Shown piece after piece: positions 1-13,930 of a stretch of 64,000 nucleotides of DNA. Within the stretch, counting starts at the first letter, position 1. Each line of letters opens with the position of its first letter. The notes beneath the pieces were generated by a model that was given only the letters and a program-made list of their open reading frames with translations, was not told the DNA's origin and ran no database searches. This DNA comes from Leucoraja ocellata. Lineage: Eukaryota. Location of the stretch: NCBI GenBank assembly GCA_036785375.1, contig JAWMAR010001141.1, forward strand, positions 186,001 through 250,000, given 5' to 3'. The translations under genes and the position numbers were made by a program.

Positions 1-1589
1 TGGGCCCAATTTGAAACGTCTCCCAACCTTTCACTCCAGAGAATCTCTGAGAGATGTTGCCTGACTCATTGAGTTACTCCAACACTTTATATCTATCTTC
101 AACTTACAAACTCGCACATCTTTGGGATTATATGACCGCATGGGTTTTCTCAGTTTGCTCAGGTATCCTCCCACATTCCAAATACATGCAGGCTTGTAGG
201 TTAATTGGTTTCTGTAAATTGGTGTGTAGGAGAGAATTGTGCAAGATAGAATGGGTGATCACTGGTCAGTCCAGACTCGGAGGGCCGAAGGGCCTGTTTC
301 CGTGAGGTATCTTTAAGCATAAATACAGAGTGCAGAATATAGTTCTCAGCATAGTAACACATCAGTTCCATATAGGAAGTCCAATGTCTACAATGGGGTA
401 GAGGTGAATTTGACAGTACCCTAGTTTATGTAAGTGCCATTAGTGTTAAAGCGAAATTGAGCATTGAATGACTAACCCCTGCTTCTATTTCTTATGCTCT
501 GAGTCATCAAGTCATGCTTCCAACTCATCAGTTCCAGTCACGCACCATATTGATTTCAAAATATATTATTGGCTGTGTCTGAGTCTGGAACACACTCCCC
601 AATTGTGATGGAACCTTTGCCAGGATAGCAATGGTTCAACGAGGCAGCTAACAGCCACTTCAACGAGGGCAGTAAGGAATGGGCGATATGCACATGCCTT
701 GTCAGCAACACTACAACCCCCAAATGAGTAAATAAATGCAGACGGTGAGGAAGTTCAGGTTTCCCCATGTCTGCAATAGTTTTAGAAAGTAGTGTGCAGA
801 AGTGATGACAGTTTAAAAAAAAAAAATCTCATGAGTGTGGTGAATTTTTCCACAAAATAGTTTATACCACGTTTCCTTTTTTTTTTAAATCACGAGAATT
901 CAGAGACTGCTTTATTGATAAACAAGTAATTTTGCAAACATGGCTGGCTTTCATTAAACCAAGACCAAATAAGGTGCAAATAAAATGTTGCGTTCATGCA
1001 TAATTGTGAAGTTAATTGCCTCAAAGCACCAGGAGACCCGGGTTTGATCCTGACCTGGGGTGCTGATTGTGTGGAGTTTGCAGGCTGACCCCCTAGGTTT
1101 CCTCCGGGTGCTCCGACCTCCCACTTCCCAAAGACGTACAGGTTTGTAGGTTAATTGGCCTCAGTAGAGAGTGGATGGGAAAGTGGGGTAACATCTAACG
1201 TGTGAATGGTGATCAATGGTTGATACGGACTTGATGGGCCGAAGGGCCTGTTTCCATGCTTTATCTCTCGACTAAACTAAACTAGTTCCTGACTGTGAGC
1301 GTTAGCAACCTGCATTGTACATTGGCAACTTGAGCTGAGTACACAAAATAGTTTCTGATCTTTGGTTCAAAGAATGAGAAATTGGTTATTGACTGCCCAA
1401 AATAACCAACCCAGCTGTTAATGCTACGTGACAATCATAAATAGTTCCCTATTTCATGTAATTCTGTGTGAATCTCCTCACATCTCTGCTGGAATATTGG
1501 AGAATTCTCAGGGGAATTGACATTACTGTGTCGCAAGCAATCAGGAAAAACACTAAAGGTTTAATGCTCGAAATTACACAGGGTCTCAC

Positions 1590-1905
1590 AATGGCACAGT
1601 GGTAGAGTTTGTTCCTCGCAGCGCCAGAGATCCGTGTTTGATCCTGACTATGGGTGCTGTCCGTACAGAATTTGTACGTTCTCCCCGTGACCAGTGTGAG
1701 TTTTCTCCGGGATCTCCGGCTTCCTCCCACACTCCAAAGGCGTACAGGTTTGTATGGTCATTGTCTTGGTATAATTGTAAATTATCCCTAGTGTGTGTAG
1801 GATAGTGCTAGTGTGTGGGGATCGCTGGTTAGTGCGGACTAGGTGGCCGAAGGGCCTGCTGCCATGCTGTATCTCGAAACTGAACTGAACTAAACTAAAC
1901 TAAAC
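1590..1905 (+). mobile_element. tRNA-derived HE1/V-SINE-type SINE
   Basis: tRNA-like head, central gtttgtacgttctccccgtg domain, CR1-like tail ggccgaagggcctg..(taaac)n. Confidence 0.8.
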
Positions 1906-3564
1906 TCCTCTTCTGTAAAAGTTAGTCATAGCTATCACTGTTATGAACAAACGTGAACATTCTCAGTCCAGAAAATAACAGTGTGAAGCTTTACACTTCA
2001 GCACATATGTAATGGAGGAAGAAGTCGCTGGGACTGGTACGGTCGTGACAAAGTTCCTCCCACATTCATTGCAACCAAAGTGAAGCACAAGATGAGGAAC
2101 TTCAACCGTTTCGAGACATTTTAGGCAACGGAGGCCAGCTGGAACAAACTTTGAGGTTCTCGTTGAACAAGCTTGCAGTGGGTACATATAATTGAAGTAA
2201 GATCACTCGGTGACCAGTTTGAACCACTGGCTTTTCTTTAGAGGCAGATTTCCCCCCCCCCCCCTTTCTGCTTAGCAGTCTGCAGTCATGGGCTTAACAG
2301 AGATTATTCAAGTTCAAGTTCACATTTATTATCACATGCACCAATTAAGGAACAGCGATATTTGAGTTAACATACAGCCATACAAGTAAAATGAACACCA
2401 TACATAATAGGATTTAACATGAACTTCCACCACAGTGGAATCATCATTCTTCACTGTGATGGAAGGCAATAAAGTTTGGTCATCTTCCTCCTTTATTCAC
2501 CCGTGGTCGGGGGCCTTGAACCCTCCGCAGTCGCTGCTACAGATGTTCAGGCCCTCTCGTCGGGATGATCGAAGCTCCGATGTCGGAACGGATCGGAACA
2601 CACTCCGTGGCTTGGAGTTCCCGAATCAGCCGCTTCTTGCGGCTTCACGATGTTATAATCCACAGGCCCGGCGGTCAGAGCTCTAATATTGGCGATCCTT
2701 GGCAAAGGGTCACAGCTCCGCGATGTTAAAGACCGCGCCGCAGCCGCGGCTAGAAGCTCCGCAGACCGTTGCTCCATCCCGCAGTCGGAGCTCCAACACT
2801 GCCGATCCTTGGCAAAGGATGCTGTCGCCCGCTCGGTGGTGACTCTGTGTAATACTTTGCTGCAGAAGGCTGTGGAGGTCAAGTTAATGGGTATTTTTAT
2901 GACAGAGATAGATAGATTCTTCGGTGTCAGAGGTTATGGGGAATAGGCAGGAGAACGGGGTAAGGTGGGAGAGATGGATCAACCATGATTGAATGGCGGA
3001 GTAGACTTGATGGGCTGAATGGCATAATTTGGCTCCAATCACTTATGTCCTTATACCTCGGTACATGTGACAATAAACTAAAAACTGGAGAAAACAAATT
3101 CCCCTTCTATTGGGGAGCAGAGACCTTGTAAGGGAACTAATGCTTTGAGAGCACAGTATTTACATCAGATCAGTCGGCCAGTCGATGGTGTGTATGTGAT
3201 AAACAGGAATACATTGAGGATAGTCCTTGTTCTTCAGTTCACTGGATGGTTTTCAGTGTTGAAAGAGCTGATGAGTTATGGGGCAGTGGTGCAGAGTGAC
3301 AGACCGCTCTCGCCCTGGAAGGCAAAGAATGAAAGACAATTTGCATCTTGCAAAACAGAATTGAGTCTTTGTGTCCTGCAAATTTGTACTTGGCAATCAT
3401 CATTATACACACATGCTGAACAAAAGGAATAAAATCAGAGAACTCCAAAATCCCCGACAGGTTGGGCAACCGACAGGTCACCTGTAACTTCCCGTACATT
3501 GTCCCTAGTAGGTAGGATAGAACTTGTCTAAAAGAGAAGCAAACTACCGATTTGGCAGTATGTT

Positions 3565-3870
3565 TAGGTTTAGATTAGACATACGGCTAAGAAACCGGTC
3601 CTTCGGCTCACCCAGTCCGTGACGACCAGCGATCCCGGTGCACTAACGCTATCCTACACACACTAGGGACAATGTACAATTTTACCAGGACAAGTAGTCT
3701 ACCATCCTGCATTTTGGAGTGTGGGAGGAAACCGGAGCTGCCGGAGAAAACCAACGCAGGTCACGCACGGGGCGAACTCCGTACGGACGGCACCCATAGT
3801 CAGGATCAAACCCGGGTCTCTGGCGCTGTGAGGCAGCATCTCTACCGCTGCATCACCATGGCACCCTACA
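3565..3870 (-). mobile_element. HE1/V-SINE-type SINE
   Basis: Reverse complement of the same consensus; other copies at ~4890-5175, 9478-9750, 12640-12935, 26020-26300, 46980-47280, 49555-49845, 61900-62195. Confidence 0.75.
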
Positions 3871-4695
3871 AGGAATATGTAACTACAAGGAACTGCAATG
3901 CAGGCTTATCCAAAAGAAAGTTTATGTTCGTAAGTTATAGGAGCAGAATTAGGCCATTTGGTCCATCGAGTCTACTCTGCCATTCAGTCATGAATAATCT
4001 ATCTTTCCCTCTCAACCCCATTCTCTTGCCTTCTCCGCGTGGACTTTGACCCCTGTACTAATCAAGAACCTGTCAATCTCTGCTGGATATTCCTTGCTAT
4101 CGCCTGACATGATGGACTGGAAAGGAGGAAAGGACACTTAATTTTTTATTAATTCTGAGAAATAGTTATAAAAGGTGCCAGGGGTAATGGGCAGAAGGTA
4201 GGAGAATGGGTTTAAGAGGGAAAGATTGAGGATATGAGGGGGGGGAGGTAGAAATCGGAGCACCAGGAGAAAACCCATGTAATCACAGGGAGAACGTGCA
4301 AACTCCACACAGAGAGCACCTGAGCTCAGGATCAATCCCAGGTTTCTGGCATGTGAGGCAACAGCTTTACCGTTGCAGAGATTGCTATTACATCCAGGTG
4401 TCGGGTTATGGGGAGAAGGCAGGAGAATGTGGTTAGGAGGGGGAGATAGATCAGCCTTGATCGAATGGCGGAGTAGACTTGATGGGCCGAATGGGCCTAA
4501 TTCTGCTCTTATCACATGAACTTACTAACTTAATTCCCAGCAAGGTGTTCCCTCATCTGTCTGAAGGAAGGTCCTGACCTGAAACATCCCCTATCCATCT
4601 CCTCCACAGATGCTGCCTGACCTGCTGAGTTACTCCAATGTGTTGTCAATGTTGAATTTAAAGATGCAGAAAGGGGTGAATAAAATAAATCTTAC

Positions 4696-4805
4696 CTGTT
4701 TTCTTTGCCTACATTCTCGTGGTCACGATACCCCAGACAAGCAGAATGGCAAAGAATATCCAACGCAAAATGCTCCATATGAAATTGTAGTTAGTATTAT
4801 GTTTC
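4696..4805 (-). CDS. Gene A exon 4: transmembrane with Arg, stop at 4709-4711, followed by a donor in the 3' UTR
   Basis: ctctttcctcgtag| acceptor; KHNTNYNFIWSILRWIFFAILLVWGIVTTRM*; CAG|GTAAG donor at 4695. Homologous to the gene B TM exon. Confidence 0.85.
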
Positions 4806-7800
4806 CTACGAGGAAAGAGTCAAAACAGTTTAATCAAAGGCGTTTAATAAGAGTACAGGTGGATGTGCGTCCGATTATTTGTAGCAATATAGATACCGTG
4901 CAGAAACTGGCCCTTCGGCCCACCGAGTCTGCGCCGACCAATGATCCCCGCTTATTAACTATCCTACACACAGTAGGGACAATTTACATTTACACCAAGC
5001 CAATTTACCTACATACCTGTACGTCTTTGGAGTGTGGGAGGAAACTGAAGATCTCGGAGGAAACCCACGCGGTCACGGGAGAACGTACAAACTCCGTACA
5101 GACAGCACCCGTAGTTAGGATCGAACCCAGGTTGTGTAAGGCAGCAACTCTATCGCTGCGCCACAGTGCCGCCCATATTTACTTGGGCAAGACTGTTGGG
5201 GACACAAAGTGCTGGAGTAACTCAGCAGGTCAGGGAGCATCTCTGGAGTTCAGAGATAGGTAATATTTGGGGCCAGGCCACTTCTTCAGACTTCTGTAAA
5301 TGGTCCACTGGGTATAGGATGGAACAAGGATACAGGTGATCATTTGTTGCCAAGGGATCAATTAAACGTTGTATCACTAATCTGAACTAAAGTGCAATCC
5401 AACATCTTGATTCTCTACCACATATTGTACACTTTTACATGTTCTATAATATTCCCCTTGATTCTGAAACCGTAAATAAATAATCCTTCATTCTCCACAT
5501 TCTCCCCCAACTTTCTAGACAAACATTGACCAGTGAAACAACCAAGAAGCAGTGATAACCCCTTGTACAGAAGTATTCATCACTATAGCTATGCAGATAT
5601 AGGGTAAGTATTCAGAAGATATAACTTTATAAAGATTTAGCCTTTACCAGATATCCTTTGACGTTGACGGATCTGTGATTGAAAAAGTAAATGATGACTT
5701 GTTAAAATTGAGGTTAATTACTTGTGGCTAGTAGTGCAGGTAAATGTCTATAACATGTTTAATCTAACCCATCAATTTGTTCACAAACAAAAAGTTAAAA
5801 TGTAATGTGTAGGTAGGAACTGCAGATGCTGGTTTAATATGAAGTTAAGTCAAGTCAAGTCACTTTTATTTCTGTAGCACATTTAAAAAACAACTCTCGT
5901 TGACCAAAGTGCTTTACATTAGTGGAGGTACTAACGTTATACAACATTGGTTCATAGATTAAGTACATACATAAATACATACATATACCCCTCCCTCAGA
6001 GGACGTCAAGAAAGGCTTGAGAGTAAAGATGAGTTTTAAGTCGATGAGTCTTTTGAGTCGATGGAGGGGGCAGTTCTGATGGGAAGAGGGATGCTGCTGT
6101 TCCACAGTCTAGGAGCTGCAACCGCAATGGCGCGGTCACCCCTGAGCTTATGCCTAGACTGCGGGATGGTCAGTAACCCTAAGTCGGCCGATCTGAGGGA
6201 CCTGGAGGTGGTATGGTGGGTAAGAAGACTTTTGATGTAGGTGGGGGCAAGCCCGTTAAGGGCTTTGTATACATAAAGAAGGATCTTGAAATTTATTCAG
6301 AACCGCACAGGGAGCCAGTGGAGAGAGGCCAGAATCGGGGTGAAGTGGTCCCTTTTTCGTGTGCACGTCAGGAGTCTCGCTGCGGTGTTTTGGACCAGTT
6401 GCAGGCGGGACAGGGAAGATAGGCTGATGCCAGTGTAAAGGGAGTTGCAGTAATCGAGGCAGGAGGAGATAAATGTGCGGATGATCTTTTCGAGGTCGTC
6501 AAAATGGAGGAATTGTTTTATTTTAGCTATCGTCCGAACCTGGAAGAAGCTAGCTTTTACCACAGCATTGACTTGTTTGTCAAATTTCTACGCTGAGTCA
6601 AATATCACACCAAGGTTTTTGACGAGGTTTAGAAAGATCGACACAGAGAGCTGGAGTAACCCAGCGGGGTCAGGCAGCATCTCTGGTGAAAATGAATAGG
6701 TGACATTTCGGGTCAAGACCTTTTTTCAGACTGAGTGTCAGGGGAAAGGGAAGTGAGAGATATAGACAGTGATATAGAGAGATATAGAACAAATGAATGA
6801 AAGATATGCAAAACAGTAACGATGATCGAGGAGACAGGCTATTGATAGCTGTGAGCTAGGTGTAAATGAGTTATACAGAGAGAAACTCTCCAGGATGGCA
6901 GTGAAACTAGTACAATGACTAGGTTAACATTTAAATTAGAGCCATAGAGCCATAGAGCCATGGAAGAGTCAAACAGCGTAGTAATAGGCCCTTCGGCCCA
7001 ACTTGCCCACAACATGTCCCAGCTACCCTAGTCACAGCTGTCTGCGGTGGCCCGTATCCCCAAACCTATTCTATCCATGTTCCTGTTGAACTGAAATTAA
7101 ATTAAATGAAAACTTAAATTACAGGTTACATTTAAATTAAAAATTAAAGGTTAAATTAAAATTAAGATTAACATAGTTAAAAATTAATGTTCCAACAGAA
7201 AATATCTTAATTTCTTTCTAGAATAATAATTCTGTTAAAAGCTATGTAAACCGCAAACTATATAATAATTCACACAGCAGACTATGTAAGAGCATTGACG
7301 TTTACAAAAGTATATTCAAGCCTTACTTTCAATGATATTAAGTTTCACACGACTTCGCAGGTCAATGACAATTCTCCTAATCGCACACCAATACCACCCT
7401 TCATCATTCAGGGTGAGATTTTCCATGGTGACTGAGAACTCCCCGACTTTGGTATCATCTGTAATGGATATTCTGCCATCAGACGTTGTCTTGTTATGGC
7501 CAATGGTTTGTACCAGAATGGTACATCTCATCCAGTCACCGCCTTTGCACCAGTACTTTGGGAAGTGGCTGAAATATCGATTATATGTACATGTGATATG
7601 GACTGATTGCCCCTCTGTTCCATTTACTGCACGTGGTCCACTTAGAGCAGCATTTGTAACTGTTCAGTGTGAAAATATAAAATGCATATTAAAACATAAT
7701 ATTTGTGGCAGATTAATAACTAGAGAACTAAAGGACTTTCAAACATTTGCTCCATGTTTAGGTCCATTATTGTCAAGTGTACCATGGTACAGTGGAAAGC

Positions 7801-9917
7801 ATTGTTTTGCCTGCAATCCAAGCACTAAATGTTATTTCCTTTATCCTGTATGTGTACACTGTGGATGACTTAATTGTAATCATGTATAGTCTATCGGCTG
7901 ACTGGATAGCACGCAACAAAAAGCTTTTCACTGTATCTCGGTACATGTGACCATAATAAACTAAACTAAATTACACTAAACTAAACATAACATAAATGCA
8001 ATCATCCTACTGGTACAATAAATAGAGCAAAGGGGAAGATACAGAGTGCAGAATAGTTCTAAGCATTGTAGTGCATCAGTTTCATAGACAAAGTACAATG
8101 TCTGCATTGGGATAGAGGTGAATAGGATAGTACCCTAGCTTATGGAAGGACCGTTCTACAGCTTGATTACAGAGGGAAAGATGTTCCTGAGTCTGGTGAT
8201 GCATTCTTTCAAGCTTATGTACGTTCTGCTGGATGGGAACAGGAAGAAGGAATGACTAGGGTGAGACAAGTGTTTGGTTACGTTGGCTGCTTTTCCAATG
8301 TCCTAACTCACCAAATTCTAATTCACCCAACATAGGCATGGAGTGATAGCATGAAAATAGGCCTTTCGGCCCAACTTGCCTACACTGGCCCAATGTCCCA
8401 GTTACACTAATCCCAACTGCCCATGTTTGGCCCATATCCCTCCAAACATGTCCTATCCATGCACCTGTCTATGTTTCTGGAATGTTGGGATAGTCCCAGC
8501 CTCAACTACCTCCTCTGGCAACTTGTTCCATACACCCACCACCCTATGTATTAAAAAGTCACCCCTCAAATTCAGATTAAATCTTTTCCCCTTGACCTGA
8601 AACCTATGTCCTCTGGTGCACAATTCACCTACTCTCGGGAAGATACACCTGTTTCATTTGATTGTTTAAATGTGAAACTGGCAGATCATAATTTCATGCT
8701 GAATAAAATATTTTGTCCTTACTTCATCCCAAGATATATATACATTGCTTTAAGTACTTATTTTTCACTTCCTGAACTCCTCACATAATTGAAACGGTTT
8801 CACAAACGGGACAGCGGGATTGCAAGGAATGCCAAATTTTAACCACGCTGGCAGCTCTTAAAAAATATCCTGCTCTTCCTTGCTTCATGTCAAGATAGAT
8901 AATTTCACAATTCTTCATGTCATATTGCACTTGTATTTTCCCCAATCACCTAACCATCCTTATACTGACACAATATGGCTCAGAACAGGACATGAAGCGC
9001 TGGAGTAACTCAACGGGTTAGGCAGCATCTGTGGAGAAGGATAAACGACATGTTTGGGTTGGCATCCAGCCCAGTTAGTGAATCCGAAATCAATTTAAAA
9101 AGCATAGAAAACGGATAAGTGTGCTCAGAATTAAAATGCTTAAAATGGCTTTATTTATTTGGAAAGAAAATTCAAAGCAATCTATCACGAACAGATGCTG
9201 CACAAAGTAGAAGGAAACAAGGATGACTTGAAACATCGTCAGAGAATTTCCAAACAATTTGCAGACAATCATGAGATTTTTGATGCAGTCACTATCGTAA
9301 GGTAGGAGGCAAGAGGACCGACTTGTGTGCATCAACCTCCCACAAGTACAAAGAGGGGTCGGACACTCAGATTCGATCATCCAGTTGGGTATGTTTGATC
9401 TTCTGTGAACAATATACATTGCAGATTAGAGAGGTTGGATAATGGAGACTGTATGATTTCACATCCATACAAGCAAACTTAGTTTAGTTTAGTTTAGAGA
9501 TACAGCGCAGAAACTGGCTCGTCAGCCCACCGAGTCCACGCCGACCAGCTAATCAAGCACACGGGCGCTATCCTACACACAGTACGGACAATTTACAATT
9601 ATACCAAGCCAATTGACATAAATATGTACATCTTTGGAGTCACGAGGAGAACGTACAAAATCCATACAGACCGCAACCATAGTCAGGATTGAACCCGGAT
9701 CTCTGGTGCTGTAAGGCAGCAACTCTACCGCTGCGCCACCGTGTCGCCCCACTGTTGATGTGAACAATCTTATCATTAGGCAAGCCAACCTCTCCCAATC
9801 ATCCTTAGTTCCACTGAAACCTAATCTATCTATTATCATGTACCAATATGCAGCCAACAGCAATTGCAGGCACTTACCCGAAATGGTGATCATGAAATAA
9901 AGAAATACAAAGTCCAT
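4709..9917 (-). CDS. Gene A: CD300/pIgR-like (MDIR-type) single Ig-V receptor, putative activating type, ~164 aa. Exons 9878-9917, 7327-7659, 5648-5672, 4709-4805
   Basis: Four exons with GT/AG sites and matching phases (1,1,2) join into an open 495-nt frame: signal MDFVFLYFMITIS, V domain (C..KYWC..C..DEGWYWC), stalk NPSTSKDIW, TM FIWSILRWIFFAILLVWGIV, TTRM-stop. Confidence 0.85.
5648..5672 (-). CDS. Gene A exon 3: 25-nt micro-exon stalk (NPSTSKDIW)
   Basis: ttactttttcaatcacag| acceptor and TG|GTAAAG donor; converts phase 1 to phase 2 exactly as needed to join V to TM. Confidence 0.7.
5845..6625 (-). mobile_element. L2-clade LINE 3' fragment
   Basis: ORF 6297..6563: LDYCNSL..LQLVQNTAARLL..HFTPILASLHWLPV; (cttga)n tail at ~5846. 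Confidence 0.85.
7327..7659 (-). CDS. Gene A exon 2: CD300/pIgR-type Ig V domain
   Basis: aacag| acceptor, 333 nt open: GPRAVNGTEGQSVHITCTY..KYWCKGGDWMRC..GRISITDD..FSVTMENLTLNDEGWYWC; donor A|GTAAGG. Has the extra C-C' Cys pair typical of the CD300/TREM/pIgR family. Confidence 0.92.
9878..9917 (-). CDS. Gene A exon 1: signal peptide (MDFVFLYFMITIS)
   Basis: actATGG Kozak context, hydrophobic 13-mer, phase-1 donor G|GTAAGT. Confidence 0.8.
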
Positions 9918-10079
9918 AGTGTACGTTTTGAAAGCAAATAATGATTCCAGTGGAACTTGTGATATTGTTCCTATTTTGTATCTTTGCACAGCTCTGCTTG
10001 AGTTTCGAAATTACCATTCGTTACAGTAAGTATATTTATAGCAATAGCATGGGGCTGGTGACAGAATGAATCATAGAAG

Positions 10080-10226
10080 CCTTGGGTGGGGGATTGCAAC
10101 CTTCGCGTGGTCCACCCTGTTTCGACTAATGCAATCAACCCGACTTGCAAATTCAAATAAGATCAAATTGAACAAGTAGTCTGACAACTTTAGGCTGTGC
10201 ACGCCATACGCAAGAAGAAGAAGAAG
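10080..10226 (+). mobile_element. Short retroposon with (AAG)n tail and 7-bp TSD
   Basis: atagaag at 10073-10079 and 10227-10233; (aag)5 tail. Confidence 0.65.
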
Positions 10227-13200
10227 ATAGAAGTCTTTATATTTTACTCTAAGCTCATTCTAGCTTTGTTGCAAGTTTCAGGATTGGATATTAAGCTGTG
10301 GCTGAGCAAAGATAAATCTTAAGGACTGATGTTTGGGATCTGGTGATTAAATTATTTCTCAATGCTGAGAACTATATTCTGCAGTCTGTAACTTTACCTT
10401 CACTCTACCGATTATACTTGACTTTTGTCTTGATTGCATATGATCTAAACAGGTCCAGGACAGAATAGAATTCAAAATCTGCAAAGCAGTGACATGCAGA
10501 AGTTTGAAAACGCGCACCTACAGATTCACGGACAGTTTCTTCCCAGCTGTTATCACCCAACTGAACCATCCTCTCACCAACTAGGGAGCTGTTCTGACCT
10601 TCCATCCACCTCATTGGAGACCTTTGGACTATCTTTAATTGGACTTTACTGGACTTCATCTTGCACTAAACGTTATTCCCTTGATACTGTGAACGGCTTG
10701 ATTGTAATCATATGTAGTCTTTCCGCTGACTGGATAACATGCGACAGAAATGCTTTTCACTGCACCTTGGTACCCATGACAATAAACCAAACTAATCTAA
10801 ACAATGTGACCCAGGATTGTGCCATGGACATACGTGAGAAGTTGAACGTTACACTTGGACGGCTTGATTGTAATCATGTATAGTTTTATTGTCACATGTA
10901 CCTTGGCTCACGTAACAATTATAAAGTAAAAGCACAGAGTCTCTTGCCAAGAGTAGGAGAATAGAGAACCAGAGGACATAGGTTTAACATGAAGGGGAAA
11001 AGATTTAATAGGAATCTGAAGGGTCACCTTTTCATGCAAAGGGTGGTGTGGAACGAGCTACTTGAGGAGGTAGTTGAGGCTGGGACTATCGCAACGTTTA
11101 AGAAACAATGACAGGTAGATGGGTAGGATCGGTTTAGAGGGTTATGGGGTAAACGCGGGCAGGTGGGACTAGTGTAGACGGGGCATGTTACTGTGGGCAA
11201 ATTGGGCCGAAGGACCTGTTTTCATGCTGTATCACTCTATGATGCTATGGAAATAAAGTAATGGATAAACTAAACTAAACTAATTCCCTGCTTGCACTAT
11301 GATCAGGTTTTTTCCCCACAATATTGATGAGATCTGTAGGCATCTATTTCCACTTCAGTTACTTTGGTTATTTTATAAAAGGCTCCACAAGGAAGTGCCT
11401 GTTTCTGTTGTTGCACGATCATTATTCAACCCAGTTTCGGTCACACTGGAGCCAAACTTCCAAATGAACTTTAATAAATCCATTGGTTGCAAAATCTCCC
11501 CGGCTGATGATGTGAGTGGGGCAGAAGTCATTTTGTTCATCAATCTTTTGAACAGTGTACCTCTTAATATCTCCAGTCTAAATACCTCCCATGTGGTGTG
11601 GGAACAATATTTTATTTAAGAACTCACTTGTGCAGAATCTTGAAATGTTCCACTGTGTTAAAGTTGCTTTATAAGTAAGATATAATTTTAACACCTCAAC
11701 CATGACTCAAATGGTATTTCTTTATGGTGTTAAGGTTTGTCACAATTGATAATTGTTAAGGTTAACACCATTGATGAGCAGACAGATCTTTTGGTCCATA
11801 TCCATGACCCACTGGAAGTGGTAACACAAGTAGATAGAGTGGTACAAAATGGATTAAAGGAAATAACAGCCATAAACTCAGAACTTCCTCCCTCATGTTC
11901 TCGAGAACCATATATAACCATATAACAATTACAGCACGGAAAACAGGCCATCTCGGCCCTTCAAGTCCGTGCCGAACATTTATTTGGCAAGACCAGTATT
12001 TTTAGTTTACTGTTTTGGATAAAATAGGAAGTGATGCTAGAGAGAGCTAGATGGAGCTGGGAGTCTGTGGAATTCTCTGCCTCAGAGGGCGGTGGAGGCC
12101 AGTTCTCTGGATACTTTCAAGAGGGAGCTGGATAGGGCTCTTGAAGATAGCAGAGTCAGGGGATATGGGGAGAAGGCAGGAACGGGGTACTGATTGGGAA
12201 TGATCAGCCATGATCACATTGAATGGCGGTGCTGGCTCAAAGGGCCGAATGGCCTACTCCTGCACCTATTGTCTACTGTCTATTGTCCAACTCATTTATG
12301 GTTAAAATACTTACACTTGTCTTTTTAAGAGCAGGCCTAGATTCCAGAATAGGATTAAAATATTCACTGCTCTTATTGTTCTGCAAGACAGTGCCATGTT
12401 TCACCAAATGCCTTAGAAATCAACAATCACATTTGTTGGAAGGATCTTCCATATTTCAAGAAGATAGAAATGTTCTCGTAATGATGGCACAGAAAAGGTA
12501 TTGTAAATGTTGTCCAGGATATCGCATTTTGTTCAAATAATTCAATAAGTTACCTGGCCTCAAAACTATCACCTGGGAATAGAACTACTTAGAGACATAG
12601 TCATGGCCTCACGGCTCAGAAACAGGCCCTTCAGTTATAGTTTAGAGATACAGCGTGGAAACAGGTCCTTCGGCCCACCGTGTCCGTGCCCACCAGCGAT
12701 TACCTACACTAGCACTGTCGTACACACTAGGGGAAATTTACAATTTTTATCAAAGCCAATTAACCTACAAACCTGTACGTATTTGGAGTGTAGGCGGAAC
12801 CCTGAGCACCCAGAGAAACCCACATAGGTCACTGGGAGAATGTACAAACTCTGTACTGACAGCATCCGCAGTCAGGATCGAACCCGGGTCTCTGGTGCTG
12901 TAATGCAGCCACTCTACCGCTGTGTCATCGTGTAGCCCTGGCTGTTCCCTGGTGCCGGGGCTGTCCTTCACACCACAGCCTCTGGGCTCCACTATCTATT
13001 ATTTCCCCTCTGAAAGCAGCCACAAATTCACAGGCTTGAAAAGAGAGGAAATTGTGTAATGTTATTATCGCAGTGCAAATGCTGCTGATTACAGCAAATC
13101 TAGTATCTTCCTCCCTCTCCTGGTGTAGTGAAGAGATGTCAGCTGGAACAGTTCCATAATCTCATTGTTCATGGGGACTGCCGACATGGGAATCCCAGTA

Positions 13201-13557
13201 CATGACCAACTAAGTACTGTTGGTGGAGTGATGACGGAATATATACCAGTCATTTATTGACTCATTCACAACTTGTAGCAAAGGCAAATGTCCATTTTGA
13301 ATTGCACTTGACTTTAATAGTTTGTTCAGCTTTTTCACATCAATAATGTCATTGATTTGTTTGTGCCTATGATTTAGTTTTTACTGAAGGATGTTAGTGA
13401 AAGATAGATTTACATAACAACTTTCTGGCTTAATTGTTACTATGATTGATAAGGGAATTTTAAAAACAATATTCATGTTTTTCATTTGAAAATAGACTTG
13501 ATTTTGCAATAATTCCAGCTTTTAGAAATATTCATCGTAGACGGATCTTTGATCTTG

Positions 13558-13930
13558 GGCGGCACTGTGGCGCAGCAGATGCTGCCTCACAGCGCCAGAG
13601 ACTTGGGTTCGATACTGACTACGGGTGCTGTCTGTTCAGAGTTTGTACGTTCTCCCTGTGACCTATGTGGGTTTCTCCGGGTGCTCAGGGTTCCTCCCAC
13701 GCTCCAAAGACGTACAGGTTTGAAGGTTCGTAGGTTTTCTCCGAGATCTTCGGTTTCCGCTCACACTTCAAGACATACAGGTTTATAGGTTAATTGGCTT
13801 GGTATAAATGTAAATTGTCCCTAGTATGTGTAGGATAGTGTTAATGTGCGGGGGTCGCAGGTCGGCATGGACTCGGTGGGCGAAGGGCCTGTTACTGTGC
13901 TGTATCTATAAACTAACTAAAATAAACTAG
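13558..13930 (+). mobile_element. HE1/V-SINE-type SINE
   Basis: gggcggcactgtggcgcag..ggttcgatac head, central domain, (aact)n tail. Confidence 0.8.

Noticed and set aside
4610-5263. 217-aa plus-strand ORF
   Set aside because: Chimera of a repeat, the antisense of the gene A TM exon and a SINE.
7332-7868. 178-aa plus-strand ORF (also 40313..40675 and 38737..39447)
   Set aside because: Antisense shadows of the real minus-strand Ig exons; no recognisable motifs.
12315-12380. Possible 66-nt minus-strand exon (NNKSSEYFNPILESRPALKKTS) with AG/GTAAGT
   Set aside because: No partner exons or family similarity; could be a chance splice-site pair.
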